DNA of 64,000 bases from Candidatus Latescibacterota bacterium (GTDB lineage: Bacteria > Latescibacterota > UBA2968 > UBA8231): positions 1,568,001 to 1,632,000 of the forward strand of contig OZ242214.1 in NCBI GenBank assembly GCA_965206595.1, in the 5' to 3' direction. The stretch's first letter is position 1. Each line of letters starts with the position of its first letter. The notes below the pieces were generated by a model, which worked only from the letters and a program-made list of their open reading frames with translations, was not told the DNA's origin and searched no databases. The position numbers and the translations under genes are program-made. Shown here piece by piece: positions 48,079 to 57,329 of the stretch.

Positions 48079-48816
48079 GTGAACGGCTCGGCCGCGGCCG
48101 CACTCTGCGCTGCTGCCCTCGCCGCCGCGGCGTGCGATCAGGGCAGAGAGAGACTGGTCGACTCCCTCGAGGAGTTGCGTGCCCGCTCAGGGGAGATTTC
48201 CGACGTGAGCCGTCCTGTGGTCGGACCGTCCGATCCTCCATACTCCGACCGTGTGATCTTTCCGAGCGGCCTGAGGCTCGAGGGCCTTTCCGGAAACAGT
48301 CCACTGGCCGAGTCGTACCCCGACGAGGAGGGCGACCTCTTTCCGTTCGGCAGCGAGCGCCGCGTCCACTACCGGCCGGTCGAGTTCTTCATCGATGTCG
48401 AGTCGTTGTCGGAAGCGTTGCGACAGCAACAGGTAAGCGAAAATTTCAAGCTGGCAGAGTACGTCCGGCTTCCCGAGCGCAACGGCGATCTCAGCATCTA
48501 TGTCGATCCCGAGATCGCCTTCTACGCCCAGGAGCTGCGCTATGCATGGGGGGGGCCGCTGGTGCTTTCCTCGACCTTCCGCAGTCCGGAGTACAACGCG
48601 GAAATAGGCGGCGCCCTGTTCAGCCGCCACATGTACGGAGACGCGGTCGACATACGCGCCCCGTCGCCACAGACGGCCCAGGACCTCTTCAACCTGGCGA
48701 AGTTTCTCGACGTCAGCTTCCTCGAGCCGGCCTCGCTGACGATCGAGGGTCGGGCAAACCCCTGGATCCACATCGATACCCGCGGCTGGCCTCTCAACTC
48801 CCCGCAATCGAGATGA
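48079..48816 (+). CDS. Peptidase M15 (D-Ala-D-Ala carboxypeptidase-like) lipoprotein
   Basis: Lipobox AAAAC; FRSPEYN..IGGA..SRHMYGDAVDI; WIHIDTR. Confidence 0.85.
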   Translation: MNGSAAAALCAAALAAAACDQGRERLVDSLEELRARSGEISDVSRPVVGPSDPPYSDRVIFPSGLRLEGLSGNSPLAESYPDEEGDLFPFGSERRVHYRPVEFFIDVESLSEALRQQQVSENFKLAEYVRLPERNGDLSIYVDPEIAFYAQELRYAWGGPLVLSSTFRSPEYNAEIGGALFSRHMYGDAVDIRAPSPQTAQDLFNLAKFLDVSFLEPASLTIEGRANPWIHIDTRGWPLNSPQSR

Positions 48817-48817
48817 C

Positions 48818-49846
48818 ATGAAGACGCTTCTTCTTCCGACCGCGATCGCCGCAGGTTTCGCCGCTTCCGCGAGCGCCATAGACTGGACGAACTTGCGCCC
48901 GGACATGGAGATAGGGGCGCCGCGCATCGCCCTGGTAGATATCGACGGCGACGGGGATGCCGAGCTCGCTGTAGGGGGGCGGGTGGGGACCTTCCTGTCT
49001 CGGGACCGGGACATCTTCCGTCTCGAGGTGCTGCCGGACGCGTCCTCGGCGCCCCTTGCAACCTCGATGTTCGACGCTGTCAGGGACGTTGCCGGCGCCG
49101 ACCTCGACGGCGACGGGAGAGAGGAGCTAGTCGTCGCCGGCGGCGGTGAGCTGGCAGTCATTGCAGTTCGGGATGGCAGCCTCGTCCCTGTACCCCATCC
49201 CGGCTTACCCGCTTTCCCTGGAGCGGCTGCAGGGGGGGTGAATCGCGTCGATTGCATGGATGTCGACGGGGACGGCGAAGTCGAGATCGCCTGGGTGGAA
49301 ACCTGGAGGGAAGCTTCGGGGGAGGGGGGCGCAAGCACCCTTCTGCGGGTCGCCTCGGTGTCCGCGGACGGTTCCTGGCGGCTGCTCTCCGACACGCCGT
49401 TGCGTGCCCACGTCGGAGACCTCTGTTTCGCCGATCTCGACGGCAACGGCCTCGGCGAACTGGTTGTCGAGACCGGGGTGGAGGAGATCGGCGGCCGGCT
49501 CGACGTGTACGCCATGGCCAACCGCGGTCCCGAGCTCTCCTTCTCCCGGCCGGCCGATGCCGAGGCGCGGCGGCTGCTGAGCCTGTCCGCGGTGCGCGAC
49601 GGCAGCCGCGACCTGCTGATCGCCGCCACCGTCGACGGCAGGGTGACCGCTTTCTTCCAGCGGGGGCAGGAACTGCAAGGGATGCACTGGCGCCTTCGCC
49701 TGGATCGGGGGACCCGGGTTACCGGCGTGGCCGTTCTCGGAACCGGCACCGGGGGATCAGGTCGCGCCCTGAAGCTCCTCATCGGGTGCGCGGATCCGGG
49801 CAGGGGCAGCGGCGCCCTGGTCTCGGTTTCCGGCCTGAACCGATGA
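48818..49846 (+). CDS. Secreted FG-GAP/VCBS repeat protein
   Basis: Signal peptide; DIDGDGDAEL, DLDGDGREEL, DVDGDGEVEI, DLDGNGLGEL. Confidence 0.8.
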   Translation: MKTLLLPTAIAAGFAASASAIDWTNLRPDMEIGAPRIALVDIDGDGDAELAVGGRVGTFLSRDRDIFRLEVLPDASSAPLATSMFDAVRDVAGADLDGDGREELVVAGGGELAVIAVRDGSLVPVPHPGLPAFPGAAAGGVNRVDCMDVDGDGEVEIAWVETWREASGEGGASTLLRVASVSADGSWRLLSDTPLRAHVGDLCFADLDGNGLGELVVETGVEEIGGRLDVYAMANRGPELSFSRPADAEARRLLSLSAVRDGSRDLLIAATVDGRVTAFFQRGQELQGMHWRLRLDRGTRVTGVAVLGTGTGGSGRALKLLIGCADPGRGSGALVSVSGLNR

Positions 49847-51396
49847 TCCGAAGCAAGGGGATCTGGCGGCTGATACCACCGTCCGAAGAACGGGGATGCG
49901 CGTTGGTAAGGGCTCTGTTCCTTCGCCTGCTCGCCGTCGTGTACCTGATCGCCTTCAGTTCGCTTTGGGTGCAGATACACGGGCTGGTCGGCAAACGGGG
50001 AATCCTGCCGGTGAGGGAGTACCTCGATCGCGCTGGGTCGCTGCTCGGGGACGCGGCCTGGCTGCGGGTTCCGACACTCTGCTGGGTGGGCTCCGGGGAC
50101 GCCGCTCTCGACATCCAGTGCGGACTCGGGGTGGCTCTCGCCCTCACCCTGCTCGCTGGGGCAGCCCCTGCGGTGTCCGCGGCAGGACTCTGGGCGCTGT
50201 ACCTGTCCTTGTTCACCGCCGGTCAGATATTCCTGTCGTTTCAGTGGGATCTGCTGCTGCTCGAGACGGGCTTCCTCGCCATTCTCTGGTCGCCCGGATC
50301 GTGGCGGCCGCAATGGGTATGGCCAGCTCCGTCGCGGCAGGTGTTGTGGCTGCTGCGCTGGCTGCAGTTCCGGCTGATGTTTTCCTCCGGGTTCGTCAAG
50401 CTCGCCAGCGGCGACGCTGCCTGGCGGGATCTGCGCGCCCTGGACTTCCACTACGAGACGCAGCCGCTGCCGTCCTGGACGAGCTGGTACGCCCATAACC
50501 TCCCGGAGTGGTTTCACAGCGGCGAGGTGCTGGCGACGTTCGCCATCGAACTGATCGTCCCGTTCGCGATCTTCGCCGGGTGCCGTGCCCGCCTGGTCGC
50601 GGCGGCCGCCTTCGCCCTGCTGCAGGTCGTCATTGTGGCGACCGGCAACTACGGGTACTTCAACCTGCTCGTACTCCTCCTCTGCGTGCCGTTGCTCGAT
50701 GACCGCCTTTTAAGGCGTTTCGTACCGGGGGAATCGCCGTCCACGGGCGCACCGCAACCGGGGCCGCCGTCTGGTCCTCACAGGCGGCGACTCCCCTGGA
50801 AGTACCTGGTCCCGCCCCTGATCCTGCTTCTGCTGCTCCTCAGCAGCATGCAGCTGGCGGCCACGGTCGGTCTGCCGGTCTCCAGGCCCTCATTTCTCGC
50901 AGAGACGCGGCGGGCCCTCGCGCCGTTCCGCCTCAGCAACAGCTACGGGCTGTTCGCCGTCATGACTACCGAGCGGCCGGAGATCGTCGTCGAGGGCAGC
51001 ATGGACGGGGAAGATTGGCAGGCGTACGAATTCAAGTGGAAGCCGGGGGATCCGGGGCGCGCTCCCGGCTTCGTCGCCCCCCACATGCCGAGGCTCGACT
51101 GGCAGATGTGGTTCGCCGCCCTGCGCTCCTATCAGGGCGCCGCCTGGTTCGAGCGCATGATGGCGCGGTTGCTTCAGGGCTCCTCCGAGGTGACAGGCCT
51201 TATCGAGACTAGTCCCTATTCCCGCCCGAAGTACGTGCGGGCATTGCTGTACGACTACCGCTTCGCCGACCGGAAGGAGCGGGGAGAAAGTGGAAACTGG
51301 TGGCGCCGCAGGCTGCTCGGGGCCTACAGCCCGGTGCTGTTCCTGCGGCAACCGAGCACCGAATCCTCGATTGTCGAAAACCAGTCTCGACCTTAA
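49843..51396 (+). CDS. Lipase maturation factor family membrane protein
   Basis: FQWDLLLLETGFL, FRLMF.SG.VK, HYETQPLP, TGNYGYFN, YGLFAVMT..RPE, YEFKWKPG, RLDWQMWFAAL. Confidence 0.92.
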   Translation: MIRSKGIWRLIPPSEERGCALVRALFLRLLAVVYLIAFSSLWVQIHGLVGKRGILPVREYLDRAGSLLGDAAWLRVPTLCWVGSGDAALDIQCGLGVALALTLLAGAAPAVSAAGLWALYLSLFTAGQIFLSFQWDLLLLETGFLAILWSPGSWRPQWVWPAPSRQVLWLLRWLQFRLMFSSGFVKLASGDAAWRDLRALDFHYETQPLPSWTSWYAHNLPEWFHSGEVLATFAIELIVPFAIFAGCRARLVAAAAFALLQVVIVATGNYGYFNLLVLLLCVPLLDDRLLRRFVPGESPSTGAPQPGPPSGPHRRRLPWKYLVPPLILLLLLLSSMQLAATVGLPVSRPSFLAETRRALAPFRLSNSYGLFAVMTTERPEIVVEGSMDGEDWQAYEFKWKPGDPGRAPGFVAPHMPRLDWQMWFAALRSYQGAAWFERMMARLLQGSSEVTGLIETSPYSRPKYVRALLYDYRFADRKERGESGNWWRRRLLGAYSPVLFLRQPSTESSIVENQSRP

Positions 51397-51504
51397 GTTT
51401 CGGATTTACTGGAGGTTGACTGTTGCGGTCGCAGCAGCAACGAATGAGCGGTCGCGGAATCTGTCCGCTCACGAGCTGCAAGGACGTTTGGAAGGCGGTT
51501 TGAG

Positions 51505-52473
51505 ATGAAAGCGGTGCGTTTTCACCAGACAGGCGGTGCGGAGGTCCTGCGATACGAAGAGGTGGCCGATCCTGCTCCCGGGCAGGGGGAGGCCCTGATC
51601 GAGATCGAAGCGGCCGGGCTGAACTACATCGACACCTATCACCGCGAAGGTCTCTATCCCGTAGCTCTGCCTTGCACTCCCGGGATGGAAGGAGCCGGCG
51701 TGGTGCGGGAAGTCGGTTCCGGTGTGGAGAGTGTTTCGCCCGGAGACCGCGTCGCCTATGCCGGGGTCATGGGCTCGTACGCGCAGCTCGCCTGCGTCGA
51801 CGCAGAACAATTGGTGCCGATCCCGGACGGGGTGGACATCGAGACTGGAGCCGCGGCCCTGCTTCAGGGCATGACCGCTCACTACCTCGCCCACGGGAGC
51901 TACCCCCTGTCTGCGGGAAAGGTCGCCGTCGTGCACGCCGCTGCCGGGGGCGTCGGCCTGCTGCTGGTACAGATGGCAAAGCGCGCCGGGGCTCGCGTCA
52001 TCGGCACGGTGTCGACGGAGGAGAAGGAGCAGCTAGCGCGCGAGGCGGGTGCCGACGACGTCATCCGCTACACCGAGGTGGAGTATGGAGAAGCAGTGCG
52101 CGAGCTGAGCGCGGGCGAAGGGGTGGACGTCATCTACGATTCGGTGGGCAGGACGACCTTCCGGAAGGGGCTCGAGCTGCTGCGTCCCCGCGGCTACATG
52201 GTCCTCTACGGGCAGTCGAGCGGTCCGGTGGAGCCCTTCGACCCCCAGCTCCTGAGCGCCGGGGGCAGCCTGTTCCTGACGCGGCCGACGATGACCCACT
52301 ATATCCTGACCCGAGACGAGCTTCTGCAGCGCGCAGGGGATGTCCTGAACTGGATAAAAAGCGGCGAGCTCACCCTGCGCATAGGGGCCCGCTATCCGCT
52401 CGCCGAAGCCGCGGACGCCCATCGCGCTCTTCAGGGCAGGCTCACGACGGGCAAGGTACTCCTTCTCACCTGA
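51505..52473 (+). CDS. qor: NADPH:quinone oxidoreductase
   Basis: GLNYIDTYHR.GLY, LLQGMTAHYL, HAAAGGVG, GSLFLTRP, TTGKVLL. Confidence 0.92.
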   Translation: MKAVRFHQTGGAEVLRYEEVADPAPGQGEALIEIEAAGLNYIDTYHREGLYPVALPCTPGMEGAGVVREVGSGVESVSPGDRVAYAGVMGSYAQLACVDAEQLVPIPDGVDIETGAAALLQGMTAHYLAHGSYPLSAGKVAVVHAAAGGVGLLLVQMAKRAGARVIGTVSTEEKEQLAREAGADDVIRYTEVEYGEAVRELSAGEGVDVIYDSVGRTTFRKGLELLRPRGYMVLYGQSSGPVEPFDPQLLSAGGSLFLTRPTMTHYILTRDELLQRAGDVLNWIKSGELTLRIGARYPLAEAADAHRALQGRLTTGKVLLLT

Positions 52474-52522
52474 TCCCCACCGTTGTCCCCTCGGCCGACT
52501 CCGCAAGGGAGGAAGCGTCCAG

Positions 52523-53935
52523 ATGAATCAGCCTTCAACAGTAGAACCGGAACGGGAAGGCCAGGCCCCCGCTCCGGCCCAGCTGGCGGGAGAACCAGAA
52601 GAGAGCGCCCCGGAAGCCACCGCCAAGGTCGAGAGTGCCGTGTCGGCAGACCGGTCTGCGGGAGAGTCCACGCCGCCCGAGGAGATACCGCCTCCCGAGG
52701 GGATGAACCAGGGAAACGCCGAGAGCGGCCCTGTCGAAGAGGCGGAAGGCGGCTCGGAATCCGCGGATTTCGCCGCCATGCTCGATGCCTCTCCCGATAT
52801 AGGCAGCACGCAGGAACTGGTCCCTGGTGAGAAAATCAGCGGCGTGCTTTCACAGGTGAAAGGGGAAAACGCTTTCGTCGACTTCGGAGGCCGCAGCGAA
52901 GGGGTCATCCAGGCGAGCGAGCTGATGAACGACGAGGGAGAGATGGTTTTCGGCAGCGGCGATCCGCTCGAGGCCTACGTCGTCAGCACGGACGAGGAGA
53001 TCGTCCTGTCCCGATTTCTGAGCAAGGATCAGCGGCAGGCGGACATGCTCTACCGAGCCTTCAAGTCGGGAATGCCGGTCGAGGGAAAAGTAACCGCGGT
53101 GAACAAATGGGGCCTCGGTGTCGAAATTCAGGGGACCCGCGCCTTCTGTCCCCAATCCCAGATCGACACACGTCCCGTAAAGAGCACCGAGGAGTACCGC
53201 GGGCAGACGCTGCAGTTCCGGATCTTGCGCTACCGCGACCACGGACGCAACATCGTGCTGTCGCGCCGCGCCCTGCTGCAGGCGGATGTCGACAAGGCGG
53301 CCGCCGAGGTCCGGCAGCAGGTCCTAAAGGGGGCCCGGCTGCAGGGAAAGGTGACCCGCTTGGAGTCCTTCGGGGCGTTTGTAGATCTCGGCTGCGGGGT
53401 CGAGGGCCTGGTTCACGTCTCGGAGATGCGTCACGAGCGCGTCGAGCACCCCCGGGAGGTCGTCGAGGAGGGTGCGGAGATCACCGTCTGCGTCATCAGG
53501 ACCAAGAATCTGGGAGACCCCAAGAATGAGCGTATCTCGCTGTCGATCAAAGCGCTGGAGGAGGATCCCTGGGGTCAGGTGCGCAAGCAGTTCGAGAAGG
53601 GTGAAGTCGTGCAGGGCACGGTTGACGCCGTCGAGGACTACGGCGCCTTTGTCGAACTCGCGCCCAATGTGCGCGGCATGGTCCACGTTTCTGAACTCGC
53701 CGAGCGCCGCGTCAACCACCCTCGCGATGTAGTCTCCATCGGCGACAGCGTCAAGGTCGCCGTTCTCGAGGTCGATTCCCGCCGCCGCCGGCTGCGCCTT
53801 TCCATGAAGCAGGCGGAGAAAGTGGAGGCGGACAGCAATCTCGAGGAGTTCCGCAAGCGTCAGGCCGAGGAAGTCGACAACGAGGTGGCGGGCAATGCGC
53901 TCGCAGACGCCCTGAGGCGGGCAGGCCTCGGCTGA
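52523..53935 (+). CDS. Ribosomal protein S1-like RNA-binding protein (four S1 domains)
   Basis: FVDFGGRSEG, AFCPQSQI, FGAFVDL..GVEGLVHVSE, YGAFVEL...VRGMVHVSE; long acidic N-terminal extension. Confidence 0.85.
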   Translation: MNQPSTVEPEREGQAPAPAQLAGEPEESAPEATAKVESAVSADRSAGESTPPEEIPPPEGMNQGNAESGPVEEAEGGSESADFAAMLDASPDIGSTQELVPGEKISGVLSQVKGENAFVDFGGRSEGVIQASELMNDEGEMVFGSGDPLEAYVVSTDEEIVLSRFLSKDQRQADMLYRAFKSGMPVEGKVTAVNKWGLGVEIQGTRAFCPQSQIDTRPVKSTEEYRGQTLQFRILRYRDHGRNIVLSRRALLQADVDKAAAEVRQQVLKGARLQGKVTRLESFGAFVDLGCGVEGLVHVSEMRHERVEHPREVVEEGAEITVCVIRTKNLGDPKNERISLSIKALEEDPWGQVRKQFEKGEVVQGTVDAVEDYGAFVELAPNVRGMVHVSELAERRVNHPRDVVSIGDSVKVAVLEVDSRRRRLRLSMKQAEKVEADSNLEEFRKRQAEEVDNEVAGNALADALRRAGLG

Positions 53936-53951
53936 AGCCTGCTACCAGCCA

Positions 53952-55226
53952 GTGTCCGCACCGCCAATAGCCGGCAGCATTCTCGATTCCCTGATCGGCC
54001 CCGGCAGCCGGGATGGGTACTACGGCGAGTTCGGGGGCGCCTTCGTCCCCGAAATTCTGCGCACCACTCTCGACGAACTCACCGATGCCTTCTACCAGGC
54101 CGCGGAGGATGCCTCCTTCTGGGAGGACTTCCACCGGGTTATGAGTACCTACTCCTGCCGGCCGACCCCGATCACCCGTCTCGATAACCTCTCTGCCGAA
54201 CTCGACGGTGCCTCTCTCTACCTCAAGCGGGAAGACCTCAACCAGACCGGCGCTCACAAGATCAACAACGTCATGGGGCAGGGACTCCTCGTCCGCCGCA
54301 TGGGAAAGAAGCGGGTGATCGCCGAGACTGGAGCCGGACAGCACGGAGTCGCCACCGCCACCATGGCGGCGCGCTTCGGGCTGCGGTGCACCGTCTACAT
54401 GGGAGCGGAGGATGTCGAGCGCCAGCGTCCCAATGTCTTCTGGATGGAGCAGCTCGGGGCCGAGGTCATCTCCGTCGAGGACGGCACCGCCACCCTCAAG
54501 GACGCGATCAACGAGTGCTTCCGCGACTGGGCTTTCTCGATGGAGGACACCCACTACGTGCTCGGCACGGCCTGCGGGCCGCACCCGTTTCCGGCCATGG
54601 TCGCCCGCTTCGTGCACGTCATCGGACGCGAGTCGCGCCAGCAGATGCTGGAGGAGTGCGGCCGTCTGCCCGATCGCGTGTACGCCTGCGTCGGCGGAGG
54701 CTCGAACGCCATCGGCATGTTCCTCGGTTTTGTCGACGATCCCGAGGTCGAGCTAGTAGGCGTCGAGGCGGGAGGGCTGGGGCTCGAATCCGGGCACCAC
54801 GCCTCCCGCCTTGCCGGGCACCATGGCTCGGCAGGCGTCGCCCAGGGGTACAAGACCTATTTCCTTCAGAACGAAGAGGGGCAGATGCTCGACACGCACT
54901 CGGTGTCGGCCGGCCTCGACTACATCGGGGTAAGTCCCATCCTCGCCCACCTGCACCAATCGGGACGCGTGCGTTTCGAAGCGGCAACGGACGAGGAGGT
55001 GATCGCCGGATTGCGCAGGCTGATGCGCAGCGAGGGGATCGTCGGCGCGCTCGAGAGCATGCATGCCGTCGCCGCAGCCCTGCGCGAGGCGGCCGAGTTG
55101 CGGGGCGACCGGATCCTCCTGATCAATCTCTCAGGCCGCGGCGACAAGGACATCTTCACGATCGGCGACGCTCTCGAGGATGAGAAGTGGAAGGGATTCC
55201 TCAAGGACAAGGCGTCGAGGCTGTGA
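53952..55226 (+). CDS. trpB: Tryptophan synthase beta chain
   Basis: GEFGG.FVPE, LKREDLNQTGAHKINN, AETGAGQHG, CVGGGSNAIG, SAGLDY, LSGRGDKD. Confidence 0.97.
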   Translation: MSAPPIAGSILDSLIGPGSRDGYYGEFGGAFVPEILRTTLDELTDAFYQAAEDASFWEDFHRVMSTYSCRPTPITRLDNLSAELDGASLYLKREDLNQTGAHKINNVMGQGLLVRRMGKKRVIAETGAGQHGVATATMAARFGLRCTVYMGAEDVERQRPNVFWMEQLGAEVISVEDGTATLKDAINECFRDWAFSMEDTHYVLGTACGPHPFPAMVARFVHVIGRESRQQMLEECGRLPDRVYACVGGGSNAIGMFLGFVDDPEVELVGVEAGGLGLESGHHASRLAGHHGSAGVAQGYKTYFLQNEEGQMLDTHSVSAGLDYIGVSPILAHLHQSGRVRFEAATDEEVIAGLRRLMRSEGIVGALESMHAVAAALREAAELRGDRILLINLSGRGDKDIFTIGDALEDEKWKGFLKDKASRL

Positions 55227-55319
55227 ATCCCGGCGGGCTGGCGGCGTTGCGCTCTCTCTCCGGGTTCCTCCAATCCGCCTCGGTAATGTCCCCAGGTCGG
55301 ATGCATCCCGCCCGACCAG

Positions 55320-56129
55320 ATGGAAACTGATTTGCGCCAGGAAAAACTAGAGGATCACGTACGCGCCGAGCTGGTTCGCGACGACCGCGCCATCCTGTTG
55401 ATGGCCCACCTGATCGTCGGCTTCCCGTCACTCGAAGCGAACTGGCGCATGCTCGAGATCATGCAGGACGTGGAGGTCGACCTCGTCGAGCTGCAGATGC
55501 CGTTCAGCGAGCCGGTCGCCGACGGTCCGACCTTCGTGCGCGCCAACCAGCTCGCCCTCGAGGCCGGCCTCTCGGTGGACGAGTACTTTAATTTCATGTC
55601 CCGGGCGACGGCGAGTTTCTCCTTTCCCCACCTGATGATGGGGTACTACAACACTGCGTACAAGCTCGGCCATCAGCACTTCTGCGAGCGTCTGTACGCC
55701 GCGTCCGCGGCCGGTTTCATTCTCCCCGACCTTCCCATTGAAGAGTTCGGGGACCTCTTCGACCTCAGCCGCGACAACGGTCTGAGCCCCATTCTGCTGA
55801 TGACCCCCACCAACAGGGAGCATCGCCTTGCCGCGATCGGCGAGCTTGCCAGCGGTTTCGTCTACGCCGTGGCGCGCAAGGGGGTGACGGGGAAACGGAC
55901 CGAGTTGGAACAGGGCCTGTACCGGTTCGTCGATCGCTGCCGGGCGGCGACCCGGCTGCCGCTGGCCGTCGGCTTCGGCCTGCGCCAGCGGGAGGACGTC
56001 GAACTCCTGCACGACCGCGTCGAGATCGCCATTGTGGGGTCCGTCCTGCTCGATGCGTGGGAAAGCGGTGGCGAGGATGGGTACCGCGCTCTGCTGAAGG
56101 AGCTCGCCGGAGGCAGGGCCCCCGCCTGA
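55320..56129 (+). CDS. trpA: Tryptophan synthase alpha chain
   Basis: ELQMPFSEPVADGP, MGYYN, LPDLP.EE, GFVY.V...GVTG, VGFG, IVGS. Confidence 0.93.
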   Translation: METDLRQEKLEDHVRAELVRDDRAILLMAHLIVGFPSLEANWRMLEIMQDVEVDLVELQMPFSEPVADGPTFVRANQLALEAGLSVDEYFNFMSRATASFSFPHLMMGYYNTAYKLGHQHFCERLYAASAAGFILPDLPIEEFGDLFDLSRDNGLSPILLMTPTNREHRLAAIGELASGFVYAVARKGVTGKRTELEQGLYRFVDRCRAATRLPLAVGFGLRQREDVELLHDRVEIAIVGSVLLDAWESGGEDGYRALLKELAGGRAPA

Positions 56130-56209
56130 AAGGCGGCACGTCCGAAGCCGAGCCCTCCTGCAGCAAGTCGTTCACCAAGGGACGGCGGCGGCAGTCCCTG
56201 CAGTATCAA

Positions 56210-56950
56210 TCAATCCATGAAGAGCCCGCCGTTGACATCCACGGTTTCACCGGTGATGTGGCGGGCGTCGTCCGAAGCGAGGAACAGGGCGCAGGCAGCG
56301 ACATCCTCGGGCTGCCCCTTTTCTCCAAGCGGAATGGTGCTTGCGAGGTCGGCGTGGTCGGGGGAGAGGCCGCGCGTCATCGGGGTGTCGATGACTCCCG
56401 GTGCCAGGGCATTGACGCGGATGCCGTGGGGCGCGGCGTAGCGCGCCAGGGTGATGGTCAAGGTGAAGATCGCCCCCTTGGCCGCGGCGTAGGGAGCGCT
56501 GGCCGCGAGCCCCCCGTTCTTGGCGGCGAGCGAGCTCATGCTGAGGATCACCCCCTGGCGGCGCGGCATCATCAGCTTCAGCGCCGCCTGCGAGCAGAAG
56601 AACATCCCCTTCAGGTTGATGTCGATCTGCTTGTCCCACTCTTCTTCCGAGCAGTCGTGGACCTTGGTGTGTACCAGGTATCCGGCGTTGTTGACGAGGA
56701 TGTCGAGGTGGCCGAACTCCGCGGCGACGCGATCGACTCCCTGACGCACTTCCCTGGTCGAGGAAACGTCCATCCGGATCGGCAAGCCGGGAATCGGCAG
56801 GTCGGCGCTGGTCGCCTCCGCGGTATCCGCGTCGATATCGGCGACCGCCACGCGGACGCCTTCCCCGGCGAAGCGCCGGCATATCGCTTCGCCGATGCCG
56901 CGCCCGCCACCGGTCACGAGTGCTGTTTTGCCTTCGAGTTTTCCTGGCAT
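56210..56950 (-). CDS. SDR family oxidoreductase (FabG-like)
   Basis: VTGGGRGIG, LVNNAG, YAAAK, VNALAPG.IDT, ITGETVDVNGG. Confidence 0.92.
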   Translation of the reverse strand: MPGKLEGKTALVTGGGRGIGEAICRRFAGEGVRVAVADIDADTAEATSADLPIPGLPIRMDVSSTREVRQGVDRVAAEFGHLDILVNNAGYLVHTKVHDCSEEEWDKQIDINLKGMFFCSQAALKLMMPRRQGVILSMSSLAAKNGGLAASAPYAAAKGAIFTLTITLARYAAPHGIRVNALAPGVIDTPMTRGLSPDHADLASTIPLGEKGQPEDVAACALFLASDDARHITGETVDVNGGLFMD

Positions 56951-57329
56951 CCGCCATGCTCCTTCTTGGGTAGTGTGAGTCTACGGATCGCCTTTTTTCC
57001 CAGCAAGCGCCTCTGCGCCGCCCGGTCGATAAGCTAGCGCTGCAGGCAAGGCCGGGTGCTGGGGTGCCTGACAAGGCGCGCGGCCGGGTCGAATCGCAGG
57101 GGATCGGGCATGGAGCACAACCCCCCGTATTCGGAACGCTTCTCCGAGCGTTTTCACGAACCCGGAGGTCCGCAACCGCAAGAACCGGGCCCAGCCCGGA
57201 TGGCCTTTTTCACCGGGCTGCCAGGGATCGCGGCGGCGGCGGGCATAGTGACACAGCTGTTACGGGCTCTCCCTACTTTTCGGTGAGTCTCCGTCGAACC
57301 CAGTCCATACCGAGGAGGATCAGGAGCCC

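Noticed and set aside
56951-57329. M-box (ykoK) riboswitch upstream of mgtE
   Set aside because: The conserved TAGGTGAGGCT core was not found.
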